64,000 nucleotides of DNA from an uncultured cyanobacterium. Its GTDB lineage: Bacteria; Cyanobacteriota; Cyanobacteriia; Cyanobacteriales; CAWCAG01. This document shows positions 51,688 through 62,740 of this stretch, piece after piece. The notes under the pieces are model-generated. The model was not told where the DNA came from and did not search any database. It was given only the letters and a program-made list of their open reading frames with translations. Location: assembly GCA_963803805.1 (NCBI GenBank), contig CAWDOD010000011.1, positions 160,001-224,000 of the forward strand, written 5' to 3'. Position 1 is the first letter of the stretch, and each line of letters opens with the position of its first letter. The position numbers and the translations under genes are program-made.

Positions 51688-52686
51688 ATGGCTGTCGCGA
51701 TCACACTAAAAAGAAAAATGGTATTACTAATTTTAATCCTCATCACCTCAACAACAATAGTAATAAACACTTCCTGGGGAGAATATCCCATCCCTCCCTT
51801 AGCTGTTGTGCAAACCATCTTCGGTTTGGATGCTGGAAATAGTGACTATGCCTTTGTTATCAGGACTTTGCGCCTGCCCAGAAGTTTGACTGCGGCATTG
51901 GTGGGTATGGCATTAGGGGTTTCTGGCACAATCCTGCAAGGTATCACTCGCAATCCCCTTGCTGCCCCAGGAATCATTGGTATTAATGCTGGGGCGAGTT
52001 TAGCCGCAGTGAGTTTAATTGTGGTTTTTCCCAACATTCCTGTAAGTGTTTTACCTTTAGCAGCTTTCGGTGGTGCTTTTTTGACTTCACTATTAATTTA
52101 CTTCCTAGCTTGGCAACACAGAAGCCATCCAGTGCGACTTATTTTAATTGGTGTGGGCATTGCTGCTGTGGTTAATGCTGTTACTAACTTAATCGTCACT
52201 TTAGGGGAAATTAATAGCGTTAGTCAGGCTTTAGTTTGGTTAGCAGGAAGTGTTTATGGCCGCAGTTGGGAACAGATTTTTTACCTGTTACCTTGGTTAA
52301 TAGTTTTTATTCCCTTAGCTTTCTTAAAAGCACCACAATTAAATGCCTTAAATTTAGGAGAAGAAATAGCAAAAGGTTTGGGGATGAAAGTTGAATGGCA
52401 GCGTGGTTTTTTATTATTAATTAGTGCTGCCCTTGCTGGGGCAGCAGTAGCTACCGCAGGAACTATTGGTTTTGTTGGTTTGATTGCCCCTCATCTATCC
52501 CGTCAATTAGTCGGAAATCTCCATGAAGGATTGATTCCTGTAGCAGCAATGATGGGAGCAGCAATTGTCGTCGTAGCAGATTTTTTAGGTAGAATTTTGT
52601 TTGCCCCTATAGAACTTCCTTGTGGGATTATTACTGCTTTACTTGGTGCGCCTTATTTTATTTATATTCTTGTTAAGAATAACTAA
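51688..52686 (+). CDS. FecCD-family iron-siderophore ABC permease
   Basis: LRLPR, TRNPLAAPGIIG, LGEEIAKGLG, GFVGLIAPH, GAPYF. Confidence 0.92.
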   Translation: MAVAITLKRKMVLLILILITSTTIVINTSWGEYPIPPLAVVQTIFGLDAGNSDYAFVIRTLRLPRSLTAALVGMALGVSGTILQGITRNPLAAPGIIGINAGASLAAVSLIVVFPNIPVSVLPLAAFGGAFLTSLLIYFLAWQHRSHPVRLILIGVGIAAVVNAVTNLIVTLGEINSVSQALVWLAGSVYGRSWEQIFYLLPWLIVFIPLAFLKAPQLNALNLGEEIAKGLGMKVEWQRGFLLLISAALAGAAVATAGTIGFVGLIAPHLSRQLVGNLHEGLIPVAAMMGAAIVVVADFLGRILFAPIELPCGIITALLGAPYFIYILVKNN

Positions 52687-52818
52687 GAAAAGAAATTTCT
52701 CTATCCTACTAGATCGGTATTTGGCAGCACCGGTTATTTGTGAGGGTAGGGAGTAGGGGGTAGTATGTTCGATAGTCAAGTTGTCCCCCTTACCCATCAA
52801 TTGAAAATTGATACACCA

Positions 52819-54207
52819 CTAGTCTGCTAGTAAAGATTTTGCTTCTGCCAAAGCTTTCCTAACTTGCTCAAAACCAGTACCACCATAGCTATTCCGGGCT
52901 GCTACAACTTGTTGAGGAGAAATGGCTTGGTAAATATCTTCTTCAAAAGCAGGATGTAATTGTTGCCATTCTTCTAAGCTTAAGTCTTTGAGTAGTTTGC
53001 CCGCAGCTAAACTGGTTTTTACTACTTTACCCACCAGGTTATAAGCTTCTCTAAAAGGTACACCTTTTGTTGCTAAATAATCTGCGACATCGGTGGCGTT
53101 GGAAAAGTCTTCTGCTACGGCTTCCCCTAAACGTTGGGTACGAAATTCTAATCCTTCTTTTAAAAGAACTGTCATTGCTTCTAAGCAACCTTGAACGGTT
53201 TTAACTCCGTCAAATAAAGCTTCCTTGTCTTCCTGTAAGTCTTTGTTGTAGGCAAGGGGTAATCCCTTCATTAGCACCAACAACCCTTGGAGATGGCCAA
53301 AAACCCTACCTGTTTTTCCCCTAACTAGTTCTGGGACATCGGGGTTTTTCTTTTGGGGCATAATACTAGAACCAGTGGAACAGCTATCTTTGAGGGTAAT
53401 GAAACTAAATTCCTGGGAAGCCCAGAGAATAAGTTCTTCAGAAATGCGGCTGAGGTGAACCATAATTAAGCTGGCGGCACTAAGAAATTCGATGGCAAAG
53501 TCGCGATCGCTTACTCCATCTAAACTATTGGCATATACTCCTCCAAAGCCAAGTTCCGAGGCAGTGTAATGGCGATCTATGGGGAAGGTTGTACCAGCTA
53601 ATGCACCACTACCTAATGGAGAGATGTTGGTACGTTGATAAACTTCTCCTAAGCGTTCCCAATCCCTTTGTGCCATTTGGAAATAGGCGAGAAGGTGATG
53701 TGCTAGGCTGAGGGGTTGCGCCCTTTGGAGATGGGTATAACCAGGAATGAGAGTTTCTACATGGTTTTCGGCGTGGTTAAGTAAGGCTTGTTGCCACTGG
53801 CGCAATTGAGTGCGAATTTCTGTGATCTGTTCTCTTAAATAAAGGCGAGTATCTGTTCCAACTTGATCGTTGCGAGAACGCCCGGTGTGGAGTTTTTTGC
53901 CCACATCACCAATTATCTCAGTTAAGCGGCGTTCGACGGCAAAGTGAACGTCTTCTGCATCAATTCCAGGGTTAAAGTTCCCGGCTTGGTATTCTGAACG
54001 AATTTGTTCTAAACCTGCTACTAATTTTTCTCCTTCTTCAGGGGAGATTATACCTGTACGGGCTAACATTTTGCCATGGGCAATGGAACCTGTTAAATCG
54101 TATTCAATTAGTTCAATGTCAAAACCAATGCTGGCATTAAATGCAGCGATCGCAGGATGTAAAGATGTTTCAAAGCGATCACTCCAAGTTTTATTTACTT
54201 TCACCAA
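52819..54207 (-). CDS. argH: Argininosuccinate lyase
   Basis: [41 protein letters not shown]. Confidence 0.98.
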   Translation of the reverse strand: MVKVNKTWSDRFETSLHPAIAAFNASIGFDIELIEYDLTGSIAHGKMLARTGIISPEEGEKLVAGLEQIRSEYQAGNFNPGIDAEDVHFAVERRLTEIIGDVGKKLHTGRSRNDQVGTDTRLYLREQITEIRTQLRQWQQALLNHAENHVETLIPGYTHLQRAQPLSLAHHLLAYFQMAQRDWERLGEVYQRTNISPLGSGALAGTTFPIDRHYTASELGFGGVYANSLDGVSDRDFAIEFLSAASLIMVHLSRISEELILWASQEFSFITLKDSCSTGSSIMPQKKNPDVPELVRGKTGRVFGHLQGLLVLMKGLPLAYNKDLQEDKEALFDGVKTVQGCLEAMTVLLKEGLEFRTQRLGEAVAEDFSNATDVADYLATKGVPFREAYNLVGKVVKTSLAAGKLLKDLSLEEWQQLHPAFEEDIYQAISPQQVVAARNSYGGTGFEQVRKALAEAKSLLAD

Positions 54208-54255
54208 AAATTTTTCACCCCTTAAGTTATATTGATCATTGATAACCGAAGCCCG

Positions 54256-54453
54256 TTACCCAAAAGAACTGAAGCCACGAATAAAATAACCCAAAGCTAT
54301 ACCAATCAGCAAAGCCCAAATTTGCCCAGATTCTATAAAATTTTGTACTGCCCCACGCATCTGACCAAGAACATCTGGATCTGATACGGCTTGAGCTAAA
54401 ATGCTGCTTAGATGAGGTAAATTTGCTGTTACTGTATCCATATTTGTTTGCAT
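54256..54453 (-). CDS. Small membrane protein (conserved cyanobacterial type)
   Basis: LAQ...NFIESGQIWALLIGIALGY motif, single TM. Confidence 0.65.
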   Translation of the reverse strand: MQTNMDTVTANLPHLSSILAQAVSDPDVLGQMRGAVQNFIESGQIWALLIGIALGYFIRGFSSFG

Positions 54454-54483
54454 CACTGATTAATATTATCTTAATGAATTACC

Positions 54484-55962
54484 CTACTCAATCACTTCTT
54501 TTGAGCCACAGGGTGAAACTTGTTTCTGAGAAGATTTTACCTGCATAACCACCAATGTCATATCATCACCATTGCGATTGCCCAGACCGATGAATTGCTG
54601 TACTCTCTCGAAGAGATGATCAAGAACACTTTGGGGGCTATGCTTTTCTTGACAAGCCCATTTAAAAGCTGCCACTAAATTATCCTCATCAAAGCGATCC
54701 CCATTTTTATTTACGCCATCGGTAAAACCATCTGTGTAATAAATTATTGTATCTCCTGGAGCTAGTTGTATTTGAGCATCTTGATATTCTGATTCTGCAT
54801 CTAAGCCAATTAACATACCCAAGGTGTCTAAGCGAATAATCGAACCACTAGCTGCTTGCCATAACAAAGGAGGGTTATGGGCAGCATTGCTATAGGAAAG
54901 AATGCCTGTTTTGGGGTCGTATTCGGAGTAAAATAAGGTCACAAAACGATGAGAATTTTCTAAATCCTCATACATAACCCGATTTAAGTGTTGGAGGATT
55001 TGCGCTGGGGAGTTACGGTTAAGAACCTCTGCCCTCAACATTCCCCTCGTCATGGTCATAATTAATCCCGCAGGCACTCCTTTGCCCATAACATCCCCAA
55101 TGGTAATACTCCAAGGAACACATTGGGAAGGGTCTGAGCCATCGGGATTTTGCCTGATTTGGTCGTAATTGGCAGGAATAAAATCGTAATAATCTCCCCC
55201 CACCCGACTAGCAGTTTGGCAATTAGCAGCTAATTCTACCCCAGCAATTTGTGGGCATTTACTAGGAAGTAGGTGTACTTGTATTTCTGAGGCAATTTCT
55301 AGTTCCCGATCTAAACGTTCTTTTTGTCGCAGTTCTACGGTTAAATCGTTGTTAGCAATGGCTACAGCAGTTTGATCTGCCACTAGCTGGACTAATTTTC
55401 TGCGGGTAGGAGTCCAACTATAGTTTTCATCTCGGCTAAAAACGTATAAACGCCCTCGATCTTGATTTTTGAGGAGAATAGGTGTCCCAAAAAACTTAAC
55501 TTCTGACTCTAGATATTTTTTTAGCTTTTCATCAAGATATTCTGCTAGGGGAATGGGCTGTTTAGTTTCTCCTGGGATATTTCTAGGTTGTTTTTGCGAA
55601 GTATTAACATGAGCGATCGCCTTATCCAAAGCCAAACTAATATCCTGACAGCTATTAGCCTGCTGACAATGCAATAATTCCAGCCGAACTTTACCATTAG
55701 GCTTAAACAGGACTAAAGCCCCTCCTTCTGCATCAGTAACCCTTGCAGCCATTAAAGGTACAATTTCTAGAAATTGCTTTAAGTTATTGAAGCTACGAAG
55801 GGCAAACCCCAAGGAACTCAAGAGGTTTTGAACTTTATGCTGTTCCCTAGAAAGGTCAGCTACTAACTCCTTGAGGGCCAAAATTGGTTGAGTGTCAGTA
55901 ATAGCAACTTGTTGATTTTTATCTCCAGAGTACTGGCGATGTGAAATAGGCACAGCAGTCAT
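54484..55962 (-). CDS. PP2C/SpoIIE (RsbU-like) protein phosphatase with GAF domain
   Basis: VGGDYYD, GDVMGKG, YTDG, DDMT motifs. Confidence 0.93.
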   Translation of the reverse strand: MTAVPISHRQYSGDKNQQVAITDTQPILALKELVADLSREQHKVQNLLSSLGFALRSFNNLKQFLEIVPLMAARVTDAEGGALVLFKPNGKVRLELLHCQQANSCQDISLALDKAIAHVNTSQKQPRNIPGETKQPIPLAEYLDEKLKKYLESEVKFFGTPILLKNQDRGRLYVFSRDENYSWTPTRRKLVQLVADQTAVAIANNDLTVELRQKERLDRELEIASEIQVHLLPSKCPQIAGVELAANCQTASRVGGDYYDFIPANYDQIRQNPDGSDPSQCVPWSITIGDVMGKGVPAGLIMTMTRGMLRAEVLNRNSPAQILQHLNRVMYEDLENSHRFVTLFYSEYDPKTGILSYSNAAHNPPLLWQAASGSIIRLDTLGMLIGLDAESEYQDAQIQLAPGDTIIYYTDGFTDGVNKNGDRFDEDNLVAAFKWACQEKHSPQSVLDHLFERVQQFIGLGNRNGDDMTLVVMQVKSSQKQVSPCGSKEVIE

Positions 55963-56486
55963 CGCACAAAGTTTCGCAATTTTTTTATAGGGAATTTGGC
56001 TCGATTTTTCCTTTAAAGGAGGCTCAAAAAAACAGATAGCTTGTACTGTCTATTAGGGTAATTCATACTTACTGATTCATCTAGCAAGATGTACCAAACA
56101 ACAGAGATTCCCATCACCCTTAAGGAGTAGCACACAATGTCATTTTATAGAAGCAATATTTGTTTTTCTGGTTAAATTAAAACAGCTTGAGGCTGGTAAA
56201 TGATACCCTTAAATGTTTTTTTTGCCAATAGGCAAGAGAAGTGGATAAAAAAGATGCTCTAATAATTCAGGTAGCTTTTCCTGAGATTTGCCCAAATCAG
56301 TTGAGTAAGCGAGAAAGTCTCTGAATCTGTTATTCCAACTTTGCTATTGCCTGCTGAGTAAGCTTCACCTTGGTTTAGTAGACTGGTTATTTTCCTTTGA
56401 AGGTCAAGGTTTCAACTATCTGCTTTTCTCTTCTATGGATTTTCGTCCTCTACACGGTTATTTTAAATTATTATGTTCAATATTTA

Positions 56487-56834
56487 TTATTCTAAAATCC
56501 CTTTGAACTGAGCATAAAACTCTTTCGGGGCTTCACCAAAGTATTTCAACAAAGCAGGGCAAAGCCACCCTTCCATATCTAGCATGGCAAGATAGTACCA
56601 ATTTCCTCCGTATTCCTCTCGCCGCCAGTCAAACTTAACTTGATAGCCAGGAAAAGGACGAGCAGAAAATAACAAGTTGAAACCTGATTCTGCATTTGCT
56701 ATATTCGCTACTATCTGGTCAATAATTTTGTCAGCTCCTGCTACAAATGGCTCTCGCACTAAACCTACTTTCTCGTCATCAAACACCCACATCTCATCAT
56801 ATTTATAGGGGTGTATGACCATAATTGAATTCAT
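56487..56834 (-). CDS. Small aromatic-rich protein (DUF6717-like)
   Basis: WVFDD..GL.REPFV.GAD, FSA.PFPG, GWLCPAL..YF motifs. Confidence 0.65.
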   Translation of the reverse strand: MNSIMVIHPYKYDEMWVFDDEKVGLVREPFVAGADKIIDQIVANIANAESGFNLLFSARPFPGYQVKFDWRREEYGGNWYYLAMLDMEGWLCPALLKYFGEAPKEFYAQFKGILE

Positions 56835-56839
56835 AGGGC

Positions 56840-57781
56840 TTACCTCTTATCGGCAAAAGTCTTTTGAGCAAAAGAAACTTTTTCGGCAATAGTTGTCAGT
56901 TTACCTCGAACCTCATTTATCGCTTCCAAGCGGGGAATTAACCCTGCTTGGTTAGCAATTTGAATTGACAAACCCGGACGGGCATTAATTTCTAAAAGTA
57001 AAGGCCCTTTTTCCTCATCAAGAACAAAATCCACCCCTAAATAACCAAATTCAGTTTTCTCCCCTAAAGTGGCAGACATTTCTAAAATCTTCTCCCAATT
57101 AGGAATTGATAGCCCCGCTAAAGGACTACCAGTTTCAGGATGTTCTTTGATGTAACGATTATGCTGAATGGCAGCTAGGGTTTTACCTGTGGCTAGATCA
57201 ATGCCAACCCCAACACCACCGCGATGAAGATTTGCCTTACCCTCAGAAGCGCGAGTTGGCAACCGCAACATCGCCATCACCGGAACTCCATGGTAAATAA
57301 TAAGACGGAGATCCGGGACTCCTTGATAGGCAACATCGGCAAACACCGGGTCAAATTGTACTGCATATTCAATGATTGCTACATCCTTATGACCAGAAAG
57401 GGAGAACATCCCACTCAGAATGTTATGAATGTGGTAGTGCAAATCCTCTGGCTTGATTAGAGAATCATTACTTTTGAGATAGCCTTCCTTGACGGTATCT
57501 TTTATAACAACGATGCCGTCCCCTCCACTACCCCGTGAAGGTTTGACCACAAAAGCACTTTGTCCTTTAACTAGGTCTGCTAATCCTTTAACTTCATTTT
57601 GAAAGCGAATTACACCATAGGTTTGAGGGACTGTAACCCCAATATTTTGGGCAATTTTTTTGGTTTCTAGCTTGCTGTCTGCATATTGATAAAGTTTGCG
57701 GGGGTTGTGGGGAAATAAATAATCTAAATTACGAGCATTGACCCCAAGAATGCCATGACTTTGAAGCAAAAATGACTGCAT
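56840..57781 (-). CDS. Alpha-L-glutamate ligase-like ATP-grasp protein
   Basis: GVNARN, KPSRGSGGDGI, GVPDLR, AMLRLPT, ANLHRGG, LEINARPGL. Confidence 0.9.
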   Translation of the reverse strand: MQSFLLQSHGILGVNARNLDYLFPHNPRKLYQYADSKLETKKIAQNIGVTVPQTYGVIRFQNEVKGLADLVKGQSAFVVKPSRGSGGDGIVVIKDTVKEGYLKSNDSLIKPEDLHYHIHNILSGMFSLSGHKDVAIIEYAVQFDPVFADVAYQGVPDLRLIIYHGVPVMAMLRLPTRASEGKANLHRGGVGVGIDLATGKTLAAIQHNRYIKEHPETGSPLAGLSIPNWEKILEMSATLGEKTEFGYLGVDFVLDEEKGPLLLEINARPGLSIQIANQAGLIPRLEAINEVRGKLTTIAEKVSFAQKTFADKR

Positions 57782-57799
57782 TAGTTTGTCTGCGATCCT

Positions 57800-59431
57800 T
57801 TATTGATTTAACTGTCGTTGTAGAGACAAGAAGCGGAAATATTCTGTGAGTTTGTAACCGTTGTAGCGGCCGATGAGAATGTTGAAGGCTAAAATAACTA
57901 ATAGTAGTTCGGGAAAGGCAAAGGCTAAATGCTGTACGTAGGGGTTGATGGTACATAAATAGCCCAGGATAGCCACTACTAAGCTACCTAAACCAGCTAC
58001 TATAACTTCCTTTCCCCCTTCTTCTTCCCACATCATGGCCGCCCGTTCAATAGTCATGGCTAAAATGACGATGGGAAACAGAGAAATAGACAGTCCCAGA
58101 GTGAGATTGAAATTTTTCATTACTACTGCTAGAACCCCCATGATTAAAACCGTTGTGGTTAAAATTGCTGCTAAGCGAGGTACAACCAGAAGCTGCAAGC
58201 GATTAAGACAAGCTCTCATGACAAGCCCAACTGCAACAACCATGATAAATAAAGGAATGCCCTTAATTAAGCCAGTTTCTCGAAAGGAAAGAGCAATTAA
58301 AATTGGTGTAAACGTACCGAAGGTTGGTAAACCAATAACTTGGTGGAGAAAAGAAACAATTAACCCACCGATGGGTACTAGCACGAGTATTTGGAAAACT
58401 CGTTGAGTTGCCAAGGGTAATCGGAGAAGGGAGTATTCTAAAAAAGGATTGCTGGCAGCCTCTTCTTGCCAAATGGCCTTAGTTAAGCCGTTGTCGATGT
58501 TAGGACGTACCAAAACTTCGAGGGTGATGTCTCCTGAACCCTTGGCTGTAATGGGTTTGCTAGAACCATACCACCAAGTCAGGTAGCGGTCTTGGGGGCC
58601 AAAACTGCGGTTAACAGGGTCATAAGCTAACCAGCGATCGCTATCTTGATTTTGAACTTCTAACCACTTAACAAAATCTGTGGCATAAACTTCCTCGCTA
58701 GTTAGTAAAATGCCATTACCAATGCGGGTTGGTATTTGTGCTTCTTGAGATAAAAATGCGGCAATTTCTGCTGTAGATTTTTCTACTCCGATGGTATTAC
58801 GAATAGTCTGGACGCGAATATCTTCGGAGTTTAGGGCTAAATCGTAGATATTTTGCACTAAAGATAAGCGATCCCTCGATTCTTCTTTAGCTATTTTCAG
58901 CAAGGATTTAATGGCTGCATCTGGTGGATTCTCTTGCAAATTTTCTTCCACCGTAGCCCTTTGATCATTATCAAATTCAGCAAACTTTTGGTTAATTAAG
59001 CGGCGGCCGGCTAGGGAAACTTCCTTAGAGTCTGAGTCGGTAAAGTTTTGTTGTTCGTCTACAATGACCCGATAAAAAAGAGTTGTGCTATTTTTAGCTT
59101 GCTTATTGCTAAAGGTAGCAACTCTGTTAGCAGGATTTTTTTGAGTTTTGATTTGACGTTCAAACCCTGTATTAACAAAGTCTTCGTTGATTAAGCGATA
59201 GCGTTGAGAATTTTGGGGCATTTGTAGCTGAATAGTTGTTGGCAGTGCCTCTTCTGATTGCAGCAGCGATCCCTCTGATGTAACCGCAACCTTAGTTTCC
59301 ACATACCAACTTTTATAAGCTTGATTTGGCAGTAGGGGAATGTCTGTAGAGAGGGACTTGTGGAGAAAAATCGTGATGCCAACTGCCGTTAAAAAAAGAG
59401 CTAACAGTAGGGCTTGAAAAGTTCGATTCAT
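57800..59431 (-). CDS. Inactive transglutaminase-like domain fused to 7-TM domain
   Basis: N-terminal TM, IPTR..G / WLEV / WLAYDP core without Cys/His, C-terminal GLPTFGTFTP, VPRLAA, FPIVIL..TIER, FPEL, YNGYKLTE. Confidence 0.85.
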   Translation of the reverse strand: MNRTFQALLLALFLTAVGITIFLHKSLSTDIPLLPNQAYKSWYVETKVAVTSEGSLLQSEEALPTTIQLQMPQNSQRYRLINEDFVNTGFERQIKTQKNPANRVATFSNKQAKNSTTLFYRVIVDEQQNFTDSDSKEVSLAGRRLINQKFAEFDNDQRATVEENLQENPPDAAIKSLLKIAKEESRDRLSLVQNIYDLALNSEDIRVQTIRNTIGVEKSTAEIAAFLSQEAQIPTRIGNGILLTSEEVYATDFVKWLEVQNQDSDRWLAYDPVNRSFGPQDRYLTWWYGSSKPITAKGSGDITLEVLVRPNIDNGLTKAIWQEEAASNPFLEYSLLRLPLATQRVFQILVLVPIGGLIVSFLHQVIGLPTFGTFTPILIALSFRETGLIKGIPLFIMVVAVGLVMRACLNRLQLLVVPRLAAILTTTVLIMGVLAVVMKNFNLTLGLSISLFPIVILAMTIERAAMMWEEEGGKEVIVAGLGSLVVAILGYLCTINPYVQHLAFAFPELLLVILAFNILIGRYNGYKLTEYFRFLSLQRQLNQ

Positions 59432-60000
59432 TACTGGGCCTCCCCTTGAGAACATTTTGGTTCGGCTGTGAAGGTAGCAGCAGAATCTATCACCAACCCG
59501 CCTTTTTCGAGCATATTACGACCAATTAGGACTGGGTAAGTAAACTGTTTACGGTCAGCAAGGTTTACTTCTTCTTCTACCCAACGACCAGCAATACAAA
59601 ATTTCATCTTTACTACTGGACGGCGGAAAAAGCCCCCATCTCCATCCTTAATTTTTACCCACCTGACCACAGGACGCTCAAAAACACTACTAGTTTCACC
59701 GTCTACAAAGCGGAATTTAATCATACCGCCAGATTCTGATTCGTTTTCTGGCTTGTCTAAAATTTCGGCATTAATGGAGGTGGTTTTGGCTCCTGTATCA
59801 AGTTTTACTTGGGTTTGAGCTTCAACACCTAAAATTTGAGTATTTTCTATCCAACCTACTGTTTTCACTTCCTGGAAAGATTGGTTACTAGCTTTTGTTT
59901 CTTGGGGGCTACATCCACTTGTAAATAATAAACTTATTGCGATCCCACTTAACATTTGTGCAGTCACAGAATAAGTCTTTTTCTGATACAAAATTCTCAT
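59431..60000 (-). CDS. RimK-associated retropepsin-like ('ATP-dependent zinc') protease, probable lipoprotein
   Basis: GWIE, KLDTGAKTTSINA, RRPVV, LADR, VLIGRN; lipobox-like FTSGC; TAATG overlap with the next gene. Confidence 0.85.
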   Translation of the reverse strand: MRILYQKKTYSVTAQMLSGIAISLLFTSGCSPQETKASNQSFQEVKTVGWIENTQILGVEAQTQVKLDTGAKTTSINAEILDKPENESESGGMIKFRFVDGETSSVFERPVVRWVKIKDGDGGFFRRPVVKMKFCIAGRWVEEEVNLADRKQFTYPVLIGRNMLEKGGLVIDSAATFTAEPKCSQGEAQ

Positions 60001-60262
60001 CACCTAAAATAAAATAAAATTTGTCCTGATTAAATAAAACACATAAAACCAGAGTAGCTTTTTTGAGTTCAAGCTGCAAAATATACTGACACTAATAAGT
60101 TTGATATTTTTTTGCTACATTGAAACCCTATGCCGTCATACCTCTTAGGAAAGATAAATAAGTCACTGAATATTGTCAGTAAAAATCAGTATCTAGAGGG
60201 AGCGCAAATCAGAAAATACTTATCCAAAATAAAGCAATAGCTTAACTTTTAAATAATAATTC

Positions 60263-62671
60263 ATGACCAGATTTCGCGGCGATCGCCAAGCATTTGGCCA
60301 ACCTGGTGTCGAACCTCGTTGGACTCACGGGGATAAAGATGGTATTGGTACTGCTTATTCGGTGGCTAGTAGAGTTTGGTTTACCCTTTGGAATGGGATC
60401 TTAACAGAAATTTATTACCCAACCATCGACCGTCCCCAAACTAGAGATATACAATACTTAATTAGCGATGGCAGCAACTTTCTCCACAAAGAAACTAGTT
60501 TAAACACAAAAGTAGAGCGTCTTTGGCGACACGCTTTAGGGTATCGCATTACTAACAGCGATTCTCAAGGACGCTACAAAATTATTAAAGAAGTTATCAG
60601 TAATCCTTTGCTGCCTTGTGTATTGCAACAAACCACCTTAAGTTGCGATGATGCCAATTTAAAAGAAAAATTAGATTTATATCTTTTAGCTGCCCCTCAT
60701 TTAGAAGTAGGGGGGAAAAACAATAATGCTCATATTGTGCAAATAGATGGTAAGGAAATCTTAGTAGCCCAAAAAAAGGGGACTTGGTTGGCGATCGCAG
60801 CAACAGTTCCTTTTCTGCAGCTTTCCTGTGGTTATGTGGGTAAAAGTGATGGCTGGGAAGATTTAGCCGATAATTACCAAATGGATTGGGAATTTGACCG
60901 TGCTGATGACGGTAATGTGGCTTTAACAGGAAAATTGGACTGGCAAGGGGTTCAAAATGATTCTGGTGAGGCATCTTTCACTTTAGGTATAGCTTTCGGT
61001 GACTGTCTTCATGCCGCTGCTACTAGTCTTCTACAATCTTTAGCAATTCCCTTTGCCAAACACAAAGCCCGCTACCAACAGCAATGGCAACCTCCCTGCG
61101 ACCAAATTATTTCTCTAGAAAAGGTTTCTGACGATGATGGTGGGCTTTATTATGGCAGCCTTAGTATACTAGTATCCCATGAAGATAAAACCTATCATGG
61201 TGCTTTAATCGCTTCCCTTTCTATTCCTTGGGGAGAAGCCAAAGGAGATGAAGAAAAAGGGGGATATCACCTTGTTTGGACAAGAGACATGGTTAACAGT
61301 GCTACAGCGCTTTTAGCAGCCGGAAACAAGGAAACTCCTTTACGAGCATTAATTTATTTAGCTACAAGTCAAAAGGTTGACGGTAGTTTTCCCCAAAGGT
61401 TTTGGATCAATGGCGAACCCAGTTCCTGTGGTGTTCAGCTTGATCAGATGGCCCTACCCATTATCCTTGCCCGTCGCCTTCATCAAGAAGATGCTTTAGG
61501 AAGTTTCGACCCCTATCCCTTCGTCACACGGGCAGCTAGCTTTTTGATGAAAAACGGCCCTGTAACAGAACAAGAACGTTGGGAAGAAGCTAGTGGTTAT
61601 TCCCCTTCTACCCTGGCTACTATTATCGCTGCCTTGATTTGTGCTGCTTGTTTTGCTAGGGAAAGAGGAGATGAGAAAACAGCTCATTTCATAGAGGATT
61701 ATGCAGATTTTCTCGAATGTCATCTCGAAGCTTGGACTGTTACCACAAAAGGAACCCTAGTACCAGAAATTACTAAGCACTATATTCGCATACTTCCTGC
61801 CGAACCAGATGACCCTAAACCTAGTCAAGATCCCAATGAGGCCACCTTATACATTATCAACCGCCCAGAGGATGACCAAGCTTTCCCAGCTAAAGAAGTT
61901 GTAGATACTGGTTTCCTGGAATTAGTACGCTATGGTATCCGTAAACCAGATGATCCTGTCATCGTTGATTCTCTCAAGGTTGTTGATCAAATCCTGAAAG
62001 TGGAAACTCCAGCCGGAAAGGCTTGGCATCGTTATAACCACGATGGTTACGGACAACAAGCAGATGGTAGTGCTTTCACTAACATTGGTGTGGGGCGGTT
62101 GTGGCCACTGTTAACAGGAGAAAGGGGACATTACGAACTAGCGGCCGGAAAAGATGTGAGTTCCTATATTAAAACCATAGAAGGTTTGGCCTCCGAGACT
62201 GGGTTACTACCAGAACAAGTTTGGGACAGTGAAGATATTCCGGAAGCACATATGTATTTAGGAAAGCCTACAGGTTCCGCTATGCCTTTGATGTGGGCCC
62301 ATGCAGAATATATCAAGTTGTTGCGATCTGCTTTGGATCGTCAAGTTTTTGATTTCATTCCTGAAGTTGCAGAACGTTATTGCCAGGGTAGCAGTTGCAA
62401 AAACCTAGAAATTTGGCAACCAACTCACCAAGCTACTTCTGTGCAACCGAATTATACCCTACGCATCCAAACAGCACAACCATTTAAGCTCAGATGGTCT
62501 ACCGATGAGGAAATAGAGGAAGAAAGGGCTGCTGTTTCTACTAAGTTGGGTGTTGGTTATGTTGATATTCCTGTTCCTGAAAACCAAAAGAAACCCATCC
62601 GCTTTACCTTTGTAGAAACCCAGGATGGCAATCATCAAGAAGAAAGTTATCAGGTTGAAATTAGCCATTGA
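60263..62671 (+). CDS. Glucan 1,4-alpha-glucosidase / glucodextranase (GH15)
   Basis: IASLSIPWG, YHLVWTRD, QERWEE, RYNHDGYG, WPLLTGERG, PEQVW, PLMWAHAEY. Confidence 0.93.
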   Translation: MTRFRGDRQAFGQPGVEPRWTHGDKDGIGTAYSVASRVWFTLWNGILTEIYYPTIDRPQTRDIQYLISDGSNFLHKETSLNTKVERLWRHALGYRITNSDSQGRYKIIKEVISNPLLPCVLQQTTLSCDDANLKEKLDLYLLAAPHLEVGGKNNNAHIVQIDGKEILVAQKKGTWLAIAATVPFLQLSCGYVGKSDGWEDLADNYQMDWEFDRADDGNVALTGKLDWQGVQNDSGEASFTLGIAFGDCLHAAATSLLQSLAIPFAKHKARYQQQWQPPCDQIISLEKVSDDDGGLYYGSLSILVSHEDKTYHGALIASLSIPWGEAKGDEEKGGYHLVWTRDMVNSATALLAAGNKETPLRALIYLATSQKVDGSFPQRFWINGEPSSCGVQLDQMALPIILARRLHQEDALGSFDPYPFVTRAASFLMKNGPVTEQERWEEASGYSPSTLATIIAALICAACFARERGDEKTAHFIEDYADFLECHLEAWTVTTKGTLVPEITKHYIRILPAEPDDPKPSQDPNEATLYIINRPEDDQAFPAKEVVDTGFLELVRYGIRKPDDPVIVDSLKVVDQILKVETPAGKAWHRYNHDGYGQQADGSAFTNIGVGRLWPLLTGERGHYELAAGKDVSSYIKTIEGLASETGLLPEQVWDSEDIPEAHMYLGKPTGSAMPLMWAHAEYIKLLRSALDRQVFDFIPEVAERYCQGSSCKNLEIWQPTHQATSVQPNYTLRIQTAQPFKLRWSTDEEIEEERAAVSTKLGVGYVDIPVPENQKKPIRFTFVETQDGNHQEESYQVEISH

Positions 62672-62740
62672 GGGTTGACATCAAAGCTGCTTTTTGGAAA
62701 TTCTGGTTAATTCCAGCATGATAGGGCGATTGTGCAATCC

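Noticed and set aside
56200-56460. Possible histidine-kinase remnant (IQRLSRLLN) on the minus strand
   Set aside because: Too short and interrupted by stops to support without a search.
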